52,600 nucleotides of DNA. It comes from Candidatus Staskawiczbacteria bacterium. Its GTDB lineage: Bacteria > Patescibacteriota > Minisyncoccia > Minisyncoccales > Staskawiczbacteraceae. The stretch lies in contig JAHFKW010000002.1 in assembly GCA_023245145.1 (NCBI GenBank), forward strand, positions 1 through 52,600, in the 5' to 3' direction. The stretch's first letter is position 1, and the number at the start of each line of letters is the position of its first letter. The notes under the pieces are model-generated. The model saw only the letters and a program-made list of their open reading frames with translations, made no database searches and had not been told where the DNA came from. The position numbers were made by a program, and so were the translations under genes. Shown in pieces: positions 29,251 to 39,733 of the stretch.

Positions 29251-29856
29251 CTATTTTCTGCCTTCAAATGCAGAATCCAATGTTTCTTCATCGGCGTATT
29301 CTAGCTCACCACCCACGGGCAGGCCTTGACCAAGGCGAGTTATTTTAAACGTGCTAAATTGTGGTAATTCTTTTAGGGTGCGTACTACCAAAACAGTACT
29401 CGCCCGACCTTCCGGAGTAGAATTTAAAGCAATAATAACTTCCGTAAATTGGCTAGCCTGAATTCGTTTTTTTAATTCAACCAAACGTAATGGATTTCCC
29501 AAAACAAAATATACCCCATGAAACTTTTTCGTCTTTTCCAAGGAATGTAAATCGGCTTCTTTTTCTACGATGCACAATAATTGTTTGTCGCGAGAAGGGG
29601 ATTGGCAGATGTCACAGAAATGCGAGGTCTCCGACATCTCGCCAGACTTGCCCTGAGCCGTGTCGAAGGGTTCAAATGGGTTGAAACAGGATTCGCACAG
29701 TTTAACATTCTTTTTTAGTTCTTGGATAGCCTGGATTAGCTCGTCAGTTGTTTGTTGAGGCTGATTAATCAGGTAAAAAACAAACCGCCCGGCCGTGCGC
29801 GAGCCAATGGTCGGAAATTTTCTAAATAGTTCTTGAAGTTTTTTGATAGAATCCAT
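29251..29856 (-). CDS. recR: Recombination mediator RecR
   Basis: PTIGSRTAGR HhH, C4 zinc finger, Toprim, GLPVGGELEYAD; start MDSIKKL. Confidence 0.95.
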   Translation of the reverse strand: MDSIKKLQELFRKFPTIGSRTAGRFVFYLINQPQQTTDELIQAIQELKKNVKLCESCFNPFEPFDTAQGKSGEMSETSHFCDICQSPSRDKQLLCIVEKEADLHSLEKTKKFHGVYFVLGNPLRLVELKKRIQASQFTEVIIALNSTPEGRASTVLVVRTLKELPQFSTFKITRLGQGLPVGGELEYADEETLDSAFEGRK

Positions 29857-29857
29857 A

Positions 29858-31225
29858 TTACTCTCCCTGAATTTCGGTCGCATAATCGCCCTGTTCCAAG
29901 TCCCTGAAACTGACGCGTTGTTCGTCAAAGTACAGTTTCACGGCTCCGGTGGCACCATTCCTGTGCTTGGCTACAATAATTTCAGCGATGTTTTTTTCCA
30001 GCGACATCTCATTATATTTATCTTCGCGGTAAATAAAGAGTACTACGTCGGCATCTTGTTCAATGGCTCCCGATTCACGTAAGTCCGACAACATCGGCCG
30101 GTGGGGAGTGCGTTGTTCAACCGCACGAGAAAGTTGAGACAGCACTAGTACCGGTATATTTAATTCGCGTGCTAGTTGTTTTAGAGCCCGAGAATTTTCC
30201 GTTACCTGTTGAATAGGCGAGGCGTATTTATTTTCACTATCCATCAACTGTAAATAATCCACCACAATCAATCCTAGCCCCACATCGGCCTGCAATCTTC
30301 GCGCCATAGCTCGCATCTGCAGTTTATTAGTGGTGCCAGCATCGTCAATGTAGATAGGAGCTTCAGAAAGTGTACCCATGGCTGATTGTAATCGTGAAAA
30401 ATCATTATCACCCGTGCCATCTTGTAGTTTACCGGTTCTTAGCCTCCAAGCATCCACGTTGGCTTGCCGAGCCAATAATCTTTCCACCAATTGATCTTTG
30501 CCCATTTCCAAGCTGAAAATTCCCACGGGTAAATTTTGGTGCACCGCTACGTGACGAGCAATATCCATGGCCAGTGAAGATTTACCCATGGAAGGTCGGG
30601 CCGCCAGCACAATTAAATCCGATCGTTGCAGGCCGGACAGCATATTATCTAATTGCTTAAAGCCAGTTGGTATTCCCCGATACAGCGATTCGTGTTTGGA
30701 AAGCTGTTCTATTCTTTCAAATGTCTCACCTAAAATTTCTTTAATCGGTAAAAAAGCTTGCTTAAGTGATTTTTGGCTGATAGAAAAAACAGTTTTTTCG
30801 GCTTTATCTAAAAGTGAATCCACTTCTTGGGTTTCATCAAAAGCATCGGTGCCAATTTGAGCTGAAGCCGAAATTAAATCTCGTAAAATCTTTTTTTCGC
30901 GTACAATTTTAGCGTAATTGGCCACGTGCGTAGCAGTGGGGACGGTGTTAATGAGGCTGGTTAAATAAGCACTTCCGCCAATTTGCTCTAACACATTATG
31001 TTCTTTTAGCTTGCTGGAAATGGATAAAATATCAATTGGTTCGGACTTAGCAAATAAATCCATCATGGCGCCGTAAATATTTTTGTGACTGTCTTTGTAA
31101 AAATCTTCGGCGCTGATGGTATCAGAAACCCGAATAATGGCATTTTTATCCAACATCAAACAACCCAATAGCGACTGTTCGGCTTCAATATTTTGCGGTG
31201 GTTTTTTTATGGTTGTTTCATTCAT
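29858..31225 (-). CDS. dnaB: Replicative DNA helicase
   Basis: PPQNIEAE, AARPSMGKS, VDYLQL, LSQLSR, DLRESGAIEQDAD; no intein. Confidence 0.98.
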   Translation of the reverse strand: MNETTIKKPPQNIEAEQSLLGCLMLDKNAIIRVSDTISAEDFYKDSHKNIYGAMMDLFAKSEPIDILSISSKLKEHNVLEQIGGSAYLTSLINTVPTATHVANYAKIVREKKILRDLISASAQIGTDAFDETQEVDSLLDKAEKTVFSISQKSLKQAFLPIKEILGETFERIEQLSKHESLYRGIPTGFKQLDNMLSGLQRSDLIVLAARPSMGKSSLAMDIARHVAVHQNLPVGIFSLEMGKDQLVERLLARQANVDAWRLRTGKLQDGTGDNDFSRLQSAMGTLSEAPIYIDDAGTTNKLQMRAMARRLQADVGLGLIVVDYLQLMDSENKYASPIQQVTENSRALKQLARELNIPVLVLSQLSRAVEQRTPHRPMLSDLRESGAIEQDADVVLFIYREDKYNEMSLEKNIAEIIVAKHRNGATGAVKLYFDEQRVSFRDLEQGDYATEIQGE

Positions 31226-32616
31226 AGCTTTTTTAAAACTTGACCGTCTTTTGTATCTTGCACGATATATCCGTATTTTTCAATCTCTTGACGAACCTCA
31301 TCGGCTTTTTGCCAGTTTTGCTCTTTTCTAGATTGTTCGCGCTCGGTCATTAATTTTTCGACTTCGGGTGGAATGGTAGTTTGTCGTAACTTTTTAAAAT
31401 CAATAATGTTAAAAATATGATTTATTTCCTCAAAAAAATGATATATCGTGTAGGCTTGAGATTGGCTCAAAAAATCCAGCGCCACGTTTATTTCTTTTAT
31501 TAATTCAAATAAGGTGGCGAAAGCTTTAGGTGTATTAAAATCATCAGCCAAAGCGTCCCAAAATTGAGTTTGATACTTTTTAATTTTCGCAGTTATAACT
31601 GCTTTTCCCTTTAAGGTTTTGACCAGTTTAACTTTACGTAAAAATTCTTCCATTTTTTCCAGCGCTGATTTGACTTCAATCATGCTGGATTCGGAATAAT
31701 TCATGGGCTGATGCCATAGATTCTTGGCAATGAAAAAGCGTAATTGTTGCACGGAATAGCGTTTTAAAAACGCGTCGATAGTCACTGAATTTCCTCCCGA
31801 CTTAGCCATTTTTTGATCATTGATGGTCAAAAATCCGGTGTGCATCCAATATTTCGCCAAAGGAGCTTTACCAGAAATGGATTCCATTAGGGCCACCTCG
31901 GCTTCGTGGTGTGGAAAAATCAAATCTTGAGCACCGCCGTGAATATCGTATTGCTCGCCAAAGAATTTCTCGGTGATGGCGGTATCTTCAATGTGCCAAC
32001 CCGGTCTGCCGATTCCAAAAGGAGACTCCCAGCTTGGTTCGCCTTCAACGGCAAGTTTCCAGAGGCAAAAGTCTCCCCGATTTTTTTTGGTAGTGCTGTA
32101 GTCAATACGCGAAACGGAGTCTTCGGCTTGCAGGGCGGTTCGACCGGAAAGTTTTCCATAGTTTTTAAAACCGACAATGTCAAAATATATTCCATCATCC
32201 AATTTATAGGCAAGTCCTTTTTCAACGAGCCGTTCAATTTGGTTGATTATTTCTTGAATATGATCGGTGGCGCGGGCGTATTTTTTAACACTGGTAATGC
32301 CGAGCAATTTCATGTCTTTTAAATGCTCTTTCTCAAACGCTTCGGCTAGATCTTTGGGTAGAACACTTTTTTCGCGCGCGCGAACAATAATTTTGTCATC
32401 CACATCGGTGATATTTTGTAAATAAAACACCTCAAAACCTTGATGCGTTAAATATTTGGCAAAGCAATCAAAAATAACGTAGGTGCGGGCGTGTCCAATG
32501 TGAGAAAAATCATACACCGTTGGACCACAAACAAAAAAGTTAATTTTATTACCTTCGAGTGGCTTAATTTCTTCTTTTCTGCCAGAAAGAGTATTGTAAA
32601 CTTTAATCTTTTCCAT
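31222..32616 (-). CDS. cysS: Cysteine--tRNA ligase
   Basis: CGPTVY, HIGH, GRPGWHIE, FPHHE, KMAKS. Confidence 0.97.
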   Translation of the reverse strand: MEKIKVYNTLSGRKEEIKPLEGNKINFFVCGPTVYDFSHIGHARTYVIFDCFAKYLTHQGFEVFYLQNITDVDDKIIVRAREKSVLPKDLAEAFEKEHLKDMKLLGITSVKKYARATDHIQEIINQIERLVEKGLAYKLDDGIYFDIVGFKNYGKLSGRTALQAEDSVSRIDYSTTKKNRGDFCLWKLAVEGEPSWESPFGIGRPGWHIEDTAITEKFFGEQYDIHGGAQDLIFPHHEAEVALMESISGKAPLAKYWMHTGFLTINDQKMAKSGGNSVTIDAFLKRYSVQQLRFFIAKNLWHQPMNYSESSMIEVKSALEKMEEFLRKVKLVKTLKGKAVITAKIKKYQTQFWDALADDFNTPKAFATLFELIKEINVALDFLSQSQAYTIYHFFEEINHIFNIIDFKKLRQTTIPPEVEKLMTEREQSRKEQNWQKADEVRQEIEKYGYIVQDTKDGQVLKKL

Positions 32617-32661
32617 GCGTGTATTTTAGCATCTTTTTTTGAAATATGGTATATTGAGCAC

Positions 32662-33042
32662 ATGCAGTTAGTTATTTTCCAAGCAACCAAGCATTTAATT
32701 GTTGGGGCGTTTGCTACGTTGGTGGATTTATTTTTATTTGAATTTTTATTTTTTTTATTTCCTGTCAGTTCATTGATGATAAAGGGGGTTTCTTTTCTTT
32801 TTTCGACGATTATAAAATATGGCGGGAATAAATATTGGGCGTTTCTGCAACATGAAAGAGAGGATTGGCACAAAGAGGTTATGGTATTTTTTGTGATTAC
32901 ATTGGTGGGGCTGGCCATAGACCTTATAGCTTTTCATTATTGTGCGAAAGTAGTAGATAGGAGGTTGGCGGTTGTTTTGGCGGCGGCCGCGGCCGCCGCC
33001 GTAAACTTCACCGGCTACAAATTCGTCGTATTTAAAAAATAA
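32662..33042 (+). CDS. GtrA-family membrane protein
   Basis: Four TMs, VG.FATLVD, NKYWAF, NF.GYKFVVF. Confidence 0.85.
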   Translation: MQLVIFQATKHLIVGAFATLVDLFLFEFLFFLFPVSSLMIKGVSFLFSTIIKYGGNKYWAFLQHEREDWHKEVMVFFVITLVGLAIDLIAFHYCAKVVDRRLAVVLAAAAAAAVNFTGYKFVVFKK

Positions 33043-33047
33043 ATAAT

Positions 33048-34085
33048 ATGGCAGAAAATTTAGTGTTATACCGCAAATATAGACCACAAGATTTTGACGA
33101 GGTCATTGGGCAGGAACACATTGTCAAAACTCTCCAAAACTCGCTTAGCTCTGGATCAATTTCACATGCTTATTTGTTCTGTGGCCCCCGAGGCTCTGGC
33201 AAAACCACCATTGCCCGTATTTTTGCCAAAGAATTGGGATGTGATGGAATGGATTTAGTAGAAATTGACGCAGCCAGCCACACCGGTGTAGAGGACGTGC
33301 GAGCCTTAATTGAAGGACTACAATTTGCTCCCGTAAAATCAAAGTATAAAGTTTTCATCATTGACGAATGCCACCAATTAAGTAAATCGGCCGCCAACGC
33401 GCTACTGAAAACTCTGGAAGAACCGCCTGCTCACGCCATTTTTATTTTGGCCACCACCGAAGCTAGTAAAATGCTGGCGACTATTGTTTCGCGTTGCCAA
33501 CGGTTTGATTTTAAACGTTTACATGTTTCTGAAATTGAGAAAAAGCTGGCTTTTATTTTAAAAAAAGAGGGGATTTTAGCCGAACCAGCCGTTTTACCAT
33601 TAATTGCGCTAAACGCTCGTGGATCTTTCCGGGATGCCGAAAGCTTACTGGACAAATGCATCAGCTTTACGGCTGGCGATAAATTAATCACCGTCAAAGA
33701 AATAAAAGAGTTACTGGGGATTGTGGAAGTAGGCCAAATTTCCAAACTGGTGGACTTTTTACTGGTTAAAAATTCCAAAGACGCCATTGGGTATATCAAT
33801 GCAATGCTGGATAGCGGAGTTGATTTGCAGGAAGCCACCAAAACACTGGTGTTTTATTTACGCCAGTGTTTGTTGCTCAAAATTAATCCCGAATTTCTAA
33901 CACCTCAAAATTCAGGTCTTTCCAAAGAAGAATTGGAAGTTATTGTGCGACAAATCACCGGCCTGACCGAAAAAAACATCCAGGCGATGCTGGAAATTTT
34001 CATTGAAGCCGAACAAAAAATGAAGTATGCCACTATTTTACAGCTCCCTCTGGAGTTGGCCGTGGTTGAAATTTGCAGTGCCTAA
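33048..34085 (+). CDS. dnaX: DNA polymerase III subunit gamma/tau
   Basis: LYRKYRP, GPRGSGKTT, IDECH, LKTLEEPP, SRCQ. Confidence 0.97.
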   Translation: MAENLVLYRKYRPQDFDEVIGQEHIVKTLQNSLSSGSISHAYLFCGPRGSGKTTIARIFAKELGCDGMDLVEIDAASHTGVEDVRALIEGLQFAPVKSKYKVFIIDECHQLSKSAANALLKTLEEPPAHAIFILATTEASKMLATIVSRCQRFDFKRLHVSEIEKKLAFILKKEGILAEPAVLPLIALNARGSFRDAESLLDKCISFTAGDKLITVKEIKELLGIVEVGQISKLVDFLLVKNSKDAIGYINAMLDSGVDLQEATKTLVFYLRQCLLLKINPEFLTPQNSGLSKEELEVIVRQITGLTEKNIQAMLEIFIEAEQKMKYATILQLPLELAVVEICSA

Positions 34086-34849
34086 GACTCTTCGTCACGG
34101 CCTTTAAAACCTCGCCAAAAAAGATAGAGCACAGTTAAAAAGACAACCCCAAGGCCCGCGTAAATGTAATTGTTAATATCTTTGAGCGCACCGGAAAAAT
34201 TAGAAGTTAATTTGCTCGAGTCAATGGGTTTGACTAAGTCTAAATGAAACCATTTTTTCGCCTGATCGGTGATGTTTTGATTGATGGTTTTAATACCATT
34301 TTTAATGGGGTTTGACTCTGCAAAATTATCTAAGCCCTGCTGAATATCAGCGGGTAAAAAGGAAGAATTTGAGGTTGAGGGAATATCAGTCACAGTTGGA
34401 GAAAGGGTTGGCTTAGCGGGCTCCTCGGTTGACTTGGTTTGCTGGACCGACACTGGGGTGCTAATAACTAATTCTTTTTTCTCCGACACATTATTTTTAA
34501 CATTTTCATCGGTTGGATTGATTCCAACAATTTTGGCTGAAATATTATTGATACCAGCTGTTACTTTCCAATCCACAAACACATCATCGTAGGTATTGGG
34601 ACGAATGGAAATTTGTTGAGGCAGGGCCATTTCTTTGCCATTATTTAAAAAGTCTACAAACGCAACCACATCCGTATCGCCCGTATTAAAAACTCGTGCG
34701 TAAATTTTTATTGTTTCACCAACCGTCGGCGCCTCCTTTGAAAAGGTAATATCCGTTTCGGAAATTGACACATCGATTTTGGCAAAAACCAAAATAGGGC
34801 AGAGAAACAATATTAAAGTAGCCAAGAAATATTTCAAAAAAGAATTCAT
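34082..34849 (-). CDS. Exported CARDB/Ig-like domain protein with C-terminal TM
   Basis: Signal peptide, VFNTG..W..AG..DEN..NN, C-terminal anchor. Confidence 0.75.
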   Translation of the reverse strand: MNSFLKYFLATLILFLCPILVFAKIDVSISETDITFSKEAPTVGETIKIYARVFNTGDTDVVAFVDFLNNGKEMALPQQISIRPNTYDDVFVDWKVTAGINNISAKIVGINPTDENVKNNVSEKKELVISTPVSVQQTKSTEEPAKPTLSPTVTDIPSTSNSSFLPADIQQGLDNFAESNPIKNGIKTINQNITDQAKKWFHLDLVKPIDSSKLTSNFSGALKDINNYIYAGLGVVFLTVLYLFWRGFKGRDEES

Positions 34850-34896
34850 AGATATATTTTACAATAAATCCCAAAAATGATATAGTGGATAAGTAT

Positions 34897-34970
34897 TCCG
34901 GGATCGTCTAATGGTAGGACATGGGTCTTTGGAACCCAGTATCTAGGTTCGAATCCTAGTCCCGGAACCA
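34897..34970 (+). tRNA. tRNA-Gln(TTG)
   Basis: TCCGGGA/TCCCGGA acceptor stem, TGGGT-CTTTGGA-ACCCA, TTCGAAT, encoded CCA. Confidence 0.95.
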
Positions 34971-34993
34971 GAAAATTATTAAAAAATAAAAAC

Positions 34994-35212
34994 ATGAAAA
35001 CAATTACATGTAGGCAAATGGGTGGGATGTGTGACGAAGCAATTTCAGGCAATACTCCTGATGAAATAATGATGACTGGCATGAAGCACGTAGAAGTAGC
35101 GCATCCAGACATGGCGGCTAGCATTAAGGCTATGCCAAAAGATGACCCAAAAATGGTGGAGTGGTCACAAACATTTATGAAAACTTGGGCAGAGACACCG
35201 GATAATCAATAA
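34994..35212 (+). CDS. DUF1059-like small metal-binding protein
   Basis: MKTITC..GG.CD..H...AH pattern. Confidence 0.75.
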   Translation: MKTITCRQMGGMCDEAISGNTPDEIMMTGMKHVEVAHPDMAASIKAMPKDDPKMVEWSQTFMKTWAETPDNQ

Positions 35213-35219
35213 TAATATA

Positions 35220-35759
35220 TTGAAAATACGACGAGAATCTATTGTATTTGGCGGAGGTTGCTTTTGGTGTACCGAGGCGGTTTTTAAGATGCTTAAAGGC
35301 GTGCTTTCGGTTCAGTCTGGATACGCGGGCGGAAATATGTCAAACCCAACCTATGAAGATATTTGCGTTGGAAATACGGGCCACGCCCAAGTGGTAAAAA
35401 TTGAATATGATGCGGATGTGGTTAAATTGGAAACTCTTTTGACCGTATTTTTCGCCAGCCACGATCCAACCACCAAAGACAAGCAGGGCAATGATGTGGG
35501 CAGTCAATACCGCTCAATTATTTTGTATGAAACCGATGAACAGAAATTATTATGCGACAAATTTATCGCGGATTTAAATAACTCATCAAAACTTGGTGCT
35601 CCGATTATGACAGAAGTTAAAAAGTTAGATATTTTTTACCCCGCCGAAGATTATCATAAAAACTATTACGAAAACAATAAGAATCAGGGTTATTGCCAAG
35701 TCATTATCAATCCGAAATTGAAGAAAGTTCAAGAAAAGTTTGCGGAATTATTAAAGTAA
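35220..35759 (+). CDS. msrA: Peptide-methionine (S)-S-oxide reductase
   Basis: GGGCFWC, AEDYHKNYY. Confidence 0.97.
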   Translation: MKIRRESIVFGGGCFWCTEAVFKMLKGVLSVQSGYAGGNMSNPTYEDICVGNTGHAQVVKIEYDADVVKLETLLTVFFASHDPTTKDKQGNDVGSQYRSIILYETDEQKLLCDKFIADLNNSSKLGAPIMTEVKKLDIFYPAEDYHKNYYENNKNQGYCQVIINPKLKKVQEKFAELLK

Positions 35760-35765
35760 AAAAAT

Positions 35766-36128
35766 ATGAATGAAGAACAAATCAAACAAAAACTAACGCC
35801 CGAGCAATATAAAGTTTTGCGGGAAAAGGGGACGGAGGCGCCTTTTACGGGAAAGTATGTGCACAAGACCGTTGATGGAAATTATGTTTGTATGGTTTGC
35901 CAAAATACGCTTTTTTCGTCTGATGCGCAGTTTGATAGTGGCACGGGCTGGCCCAGTTTTGACAAAGCCATTACTGGCGCGGTAGAATATAAACAGGAAG
36001 TTGATGGAAGAACGGAAATCACTTGCACCAAATGCAAAAGTCATTTGGGACATGTATTTGATGACGGGCCGACTGACACTGGTAAACGGTTTTGCGTAAA
36101 CTCCGTTTGTCTGGATTTAAAGAAGTAG
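35766..36128 (+). CDS. msrB: Peptide-methionine (R)-S-oxide reductase
   Basis: GTEAPF, SGTGWPSF, HLGHVFDDGP, RFCVNS. Confidence 0.97.
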   Translation: MNEEQIKQKLTPEQYKVLREKGTEAPFTGKYVHKTVDGNYVCMVCQNTLFSSDAQFDSGTGWPSFDKAITGAVEYKQEVDGRTEITCTKCKSHLGHVFDDGPTDTGKRFCVNSVCLDLKK

Positions 36129-36148
36129 TTCTTTTAAGGAGTACCTTC

Positions 36149-36340
36149 ATGGCTACCTGTACCCGAGGAGCGAGGAAAAAAGTACTCGGACCAGTTGTGT
36201 TCGACCGCGATTGGGACGCTGCACTCACCGCAGCTCATGTGATGTGGAAAAACAGAAATCCTGGAGAAAAGTTTTCTCTCACGATTGAGATAGAGCCACC
36301 CAAGCAAGATGACGGAAGGAGCAGCATCCCTCCCGATTAA
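36149..36340 (+). CDS. Small accessory protein, SD-led
   Basis: AAGGAG-7nt-ATG; long terminator hairpin plus T-tract 36349-36410; no clear own promoter. Confidence 0.65.
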   Translation: MATCTRGARKKVLGPVVFDRDWDAALTAAHVMWKNRNPGEKFSLTIEIEPPKQDDGRSSIPPD

Positions 36341-36419
36341 ACCACCTAGCGGGTTGTGCCTTTGCTAACTAGGGAGTACAGCAGAGAGGACACGACCCGC
36401 TCTTTTTTTATTCACAGGA

Positions 36420-36457
36420 TTAGCACTCTTGACATGAGTTTGCTAATTTATTAAGAT
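36420..36457 (+). promoter_or_regulatory. CIRCE operator overlapping the sigma70 promoter of hrcA
   Basis: TTAGCACTC-N9-GTTTGCTAA (2 mismatches to CIRCE), with TTGACA-17-TAAGAT. Confidence 0.9.
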
Positions 36458-36463
36458 AGAAAT

Positions 36464-36898
36464 ATGATTTCAGACAGACAAGAAAAAATATTGGAATTAT
36501 TGATTAAAGAATACATTGATTCGGCTCGACCCGTCAGTTCCGACATGCTCAAAAAAAGACTACACCTGGATATTTCGCCTGCCACGATTCGCAATGAATT
36601 ACAAGAATTAATGGAAGCGGGGTACGTGGCCCAGCCTCACACTTCCGCCGGACGGGTACCAACCGAAAAGGGCTATCGGTTTTTCGTAACGGTTACCATC
36701 ACCCCGCAAAATCATCAACTGCCTAATTTTATTCATCGTGAAATCCAAGAAGCGCGCGAAAACATCAAAAAAGAACTCATGCTGGCGGAGGATATGGTTA
36801 GGTCTTTACGCGGAAAACTGGCTTTACTGGATGGGGTCCGGAATTTAACCGAGCAGGAAACATTATATGAAATATTAACTATTTTAGGCTCATTATAA
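36464..36898 (+). CDS. hrcA: Short HrcA heat-shock repressor (DNA-binding domain)
   Basis: PVSS, SPATIRNE, QPHTSAGRVPTEKGYR. Confidence 0.9.
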   Translation: MISDRQEKILELLIKEYIDSARPVSSDMLKKRLHLDISPATIRNELQELMEAGYVAQPHTSAGRVPTEKGYRFFVTVTITPQNHQLPNFIHREIQEARENIKKELMLAEDMVRSLRGKLALLDGVRNLTEQETLYEILTILGSL

Positions 36899-36900
36899 CC

Positions 36901-37365
36901 ATGACAGACGAACATAAGGAAAATAAAGAGGAAGAGTATTTAAACAACTGGAAGCGCGCGGCGGCAGATTTGGCAAACTATAAAAAAGATGAAATGGAGC
37001 GCATGGGGACATTATTGCAATACAGCAAAGCCGATTTGATTGAAAAAGTCTTGCCGGTATTTGATAGCATTTACTTGGCGCAAAAGAGTTTACCGGATGA
37101 TGCTGGCATTGCCCAAATTATAAAACAAATTGTAGATTTTCTAAAAAAAGAGGGGATTGAGGAGATAAAAGTGGTTGGGGAGAAATTTAATGCAGAGACC
37201 ATGGAAATTGTAGCCGCCTCCGCTGAAGCTTCCACCTTCGATAAATCTACGGCGGGACAAGCCGGCGAGCCGCAGGAAGAAATAGTTGTCGTTGAAGAAT
37301 TACAGAAGGGGTATATGATGCAAGGGAAAGTGTTAAGAGTGGCGAGGGTTAAAGTGAATAAATAA
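36901..37365 (+). CDS. grpE: Nucleotide exchange factor GrpE
   Basis: RAAADLANYKK, LPVFD, QKGY..VLRVARV. Confidence 0.93.
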   Translation: MTDEHKENKEEEYLNNWKRAAADLANYKKDEMERMGTLLQYSKADLIEKVLPVFDSIYLAQKSLPDDAGIAQIIKQIVDFLKKEGIEEIKVVGEKFNAETMEIVAASAEASTFDKSTAGQAGEPQEEIVVVEELQKGYMMQGKVLRVARVKVNK

Positions 37366-37377
37366 AGTCAAGATAAA

Positions 37378-37701
37378 ATGATTGAGGAATTTGTTAATAA
37401 AGGAATTATTTCAGATGGATGGCATACTTTTGATGAATTATACGAACACCGAGCTGAACTTTTTATAGCTCTGTGTCGCAAAGTTAAAGAAAACGTTTGG
37501 CGTAGCAAATTACAAAGTGACGGAATCATGTTTGAAAATATGTTTCTTCTGGGAGTCGGCAAAAACAAAGGCGAACAGATTACTTACCATTTACCACTTT
37601 CAAAATGGGAAGAAGTGAATTTTGCGGAAACATTAGAAAAAGCACCAGAATTTGACGGCCATACAAGTAATGATAATATTGAAAGGCTAAAAAGAATATA
37701 A
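37378..37701 (+). CDS. Conserved hypothetical protein, phage-like
   Basis: SDGWHTFDELYEHR..LF, QITYHL..W, FDGHT; recalled as a phage-associated motif set, not verified. Confidence 0.7.
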   Translation: MIEEFVNKGIISDGWHTFDELYEHRAELFIALCRKVKENVWRSKLQSDGIMFENMFLLGVGKNKGEQITYHLPLSKWEEVNFAETLEKAPEFDGHTSNDNIERLKRI

Positions 37702-37785
37702 AAATAAATAATTAAGTAACAAAGTAAAGTGTCGCAATGTCCCGCTAAGAGGGACAAAGTGAATTTCTCACTTCGTTCAAAATTC

Positions 37786-39672
37786 ATGTCAAAAATATTA
37801 GGAATTGATTTAGGAACAACCAATAGCGCGATGGCGATTGTGGAAAATGGTGAGCCAAAAATAATAGAGAATAAAGAGGGGGCACGGACTACACCTTCCA
37901 TTGTGGCGGTTTCAAAAACTGGTGAAAGGGTAGTGGGAGTGTTGGCCAAACGGCAATCAGTAACCAACCCAACTAATACGATTTTTTCGGTGAAGCGTTT
38001 GATTGGGCGAAAGTTTTCTGAAGCGGAGGTGCAAAAAGACAAAAAGAATTTACCCTATGAAATTCGCGAATCGCAAGATGGCGGAGTAGATGTAAAAATG
38101 GGAGACAAATGGTTAAATCCAGCGGAAATTTCGGCGATGATTTTACAAAAGTTAAAAGCTGATGCAGAAGCAAAATTGGGCGAGCCAGTAACTGAAGCTA
38201 TTATTACCGTGCCAGCTTACTTTGACGACAGCCAGAGAAAAGCCACCAAAATTGCCGGAGAAATTGCTGGCTTTGATGTAAAGCGCGTGATTAACGAACC
38301 AACCGCCGCGGCTTTGGCCTATGGATTAAACAAAAAGAAAGATGAGAAAATTGTGGTGTACGACTTTGGCGGCGGAACTTTTGATATTTCCATTTTGGAT
38401 GTGGGCGCCGACACCGTGGAAGTAAAAGCCACTGGCGGAGATACCCATCTGGGCGGAGATGATTTGGACCAAAAAGTGATGGATTGGATTGTGACTGCTT
38501 TCAAAAAAGATAATGGCATTGATTTGGCCAAAGATAATTTGGCATTGCAACGCATTAAAGAGGCGGCTGAAAAAGCCAAAATTGAACTGTCTAGCAGCCA
38601 AGAAACAGAAATTAACTTGCCGTTTATTACCAGCGGCGCTGATGGGCCAAAACATTTGCTGTACAAATTAAGCCGAGCGCAGTTTGAGCAAATGGTGGGG
38701 GATTACATTGATAAAAGTATTGAGTTGGTGAAAAAAACTTTGAAAGAAGCGGGTTTGGAGGCCAACCAAATTAATGAAGTGGTTTTGGTGGGCGGGCAAA
38801 CCAGAATGCCAAAAATTATTGACGAAGTAAAAAAACTGTTTGGCAAAGAACCCAATAAAGAAGTCAATCCAGATGAAGTGGTGGCGATTGGAGCGGCCAC
38901 GCAGGGCGGAATTATGCAGGGCAACGTGCGGGATGTATTGCTTTTGGATGTGACGCCACTTTCCCTGGGAATTGAAACCATGGGCGGTGTCAGCACCGTT
39001 TTAATTAGCAAAAACACCACCGTGCCAACGGCTAAAACGCAAGTGTTCTCAACCGCTGCTGACTCACAACCAAGCGTGGAAATTCATGTACTTCAGGGAG
39101 AAAGGCCAATGGCACAAGACAACAAAACGCTGGGTAGGTTTATGTTAGATGGCATTCCGGCGGCGCCACGTGGAACTCCGCAAATTGAAGTAAGTTTTGA
39201 CATTGACGCTAATGGAATTTTAAATGTGTCAGCTAAAGATAAAGCTACTAACAAAACGCAGTCTATTAAAATTGAAGGTTCAAGCGGACTTTCAAAAGAA
39301 GAAGTGGAAAAAATGAAAAAAGATGCTGAAATTCACGCCACCGAAGATAAGAAAAAACAAGAAGCTATTGAAACCAAAAACTTGGCGGATGCCATGGTTT
39401 ACACGGCAGAGAAAACGCTTAAAGATGCAGGTGATAAAGTTGCCGCCGATGCAAAAAAAGAAGCTGAAACTAAAATTTCAGCGTTGAAAGAAACTCAAAA
39501 GACTGATAACATTGAGGAAATTAAGGCAAAGACCAAAGATCTTTCTGAAACGATGCAGAAAATCGGCGCGGAGCTTTATAAACAGCAACCACAACCCGGA
39601 ACACCTGGTACCGAAGAAAAGCCAAAGGATGAACCGAAGACAGAGGAAGGCCAATTCGAAGAAAAAAAATAG
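37786..39672 (+). CDS. dnaK: Chaperone DnaK
   Basis: [34 protein letters not shown]. Confidence 0.99.
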   Translation: MSKILGIDLGTTNSAMAIVENGEPKIIENKEGARTTPSIVAVSKTGERVVGVLAKRQSVTNPTNTIFSVKRLIGRKFSEAEVQKDKKNLPYEIRESQDGGVDVKMGDKWLNPAEISAMILQKLKADAEAKLGEPVTEAIITVPAYFDDSQRKATKIAGEIAGFDVKRVINEPTAAALAYGLNKKKDEKIVVYDFGGGTFDISILDVGADTVEVKATGGDTHLGGDDLDQKVMDWIVTAFKKDNGIDLAKDNLALQRIKEAAEKAKIELSSSQETEINLPFITSGADGPKHLLYKLSRAQFEQMVGDYIDKSIELVKKTLKEAGLEANQINEVVLVGGQTRMPKIIDEVKKLFGKEPNKEVNPDEVVAIGAATQGGIMQGNVRDVLLLDVTPLSLGIETMGGVSTVLISKNTTVPTAKTQVFSTAADSQPSVEIHVLQGERPMAQDNKTLGRFMLDGIPAAPRGTPQIEVSFDIDANGILNVSAKDKATNKTQSIKIEGSSGLSKEEVEKMKKDAEIHATEDKKKQEAIETKNLADAMVYTAEKTLKDAGDKVAADAKKEAETKISALKETQKTDNIEEIKAKTKDLSETMQKIGAELYKQQPQPGTPGTEEKPKDEPKTEEGQFEEKK

Positions 39673-39733
39673 GCGCCGGGTTGAATTGAATCAACTCGCG
39701 GCGCTTCAGAAAATTAGAGCCGATAAAGATTAC

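Noticed and set aside
34846-35124. Minus-strand ORF over tRNA-Gln, and other antisense ORFs within core genes
   Set aside because: Shadows of well-supported features on the opposite strand.
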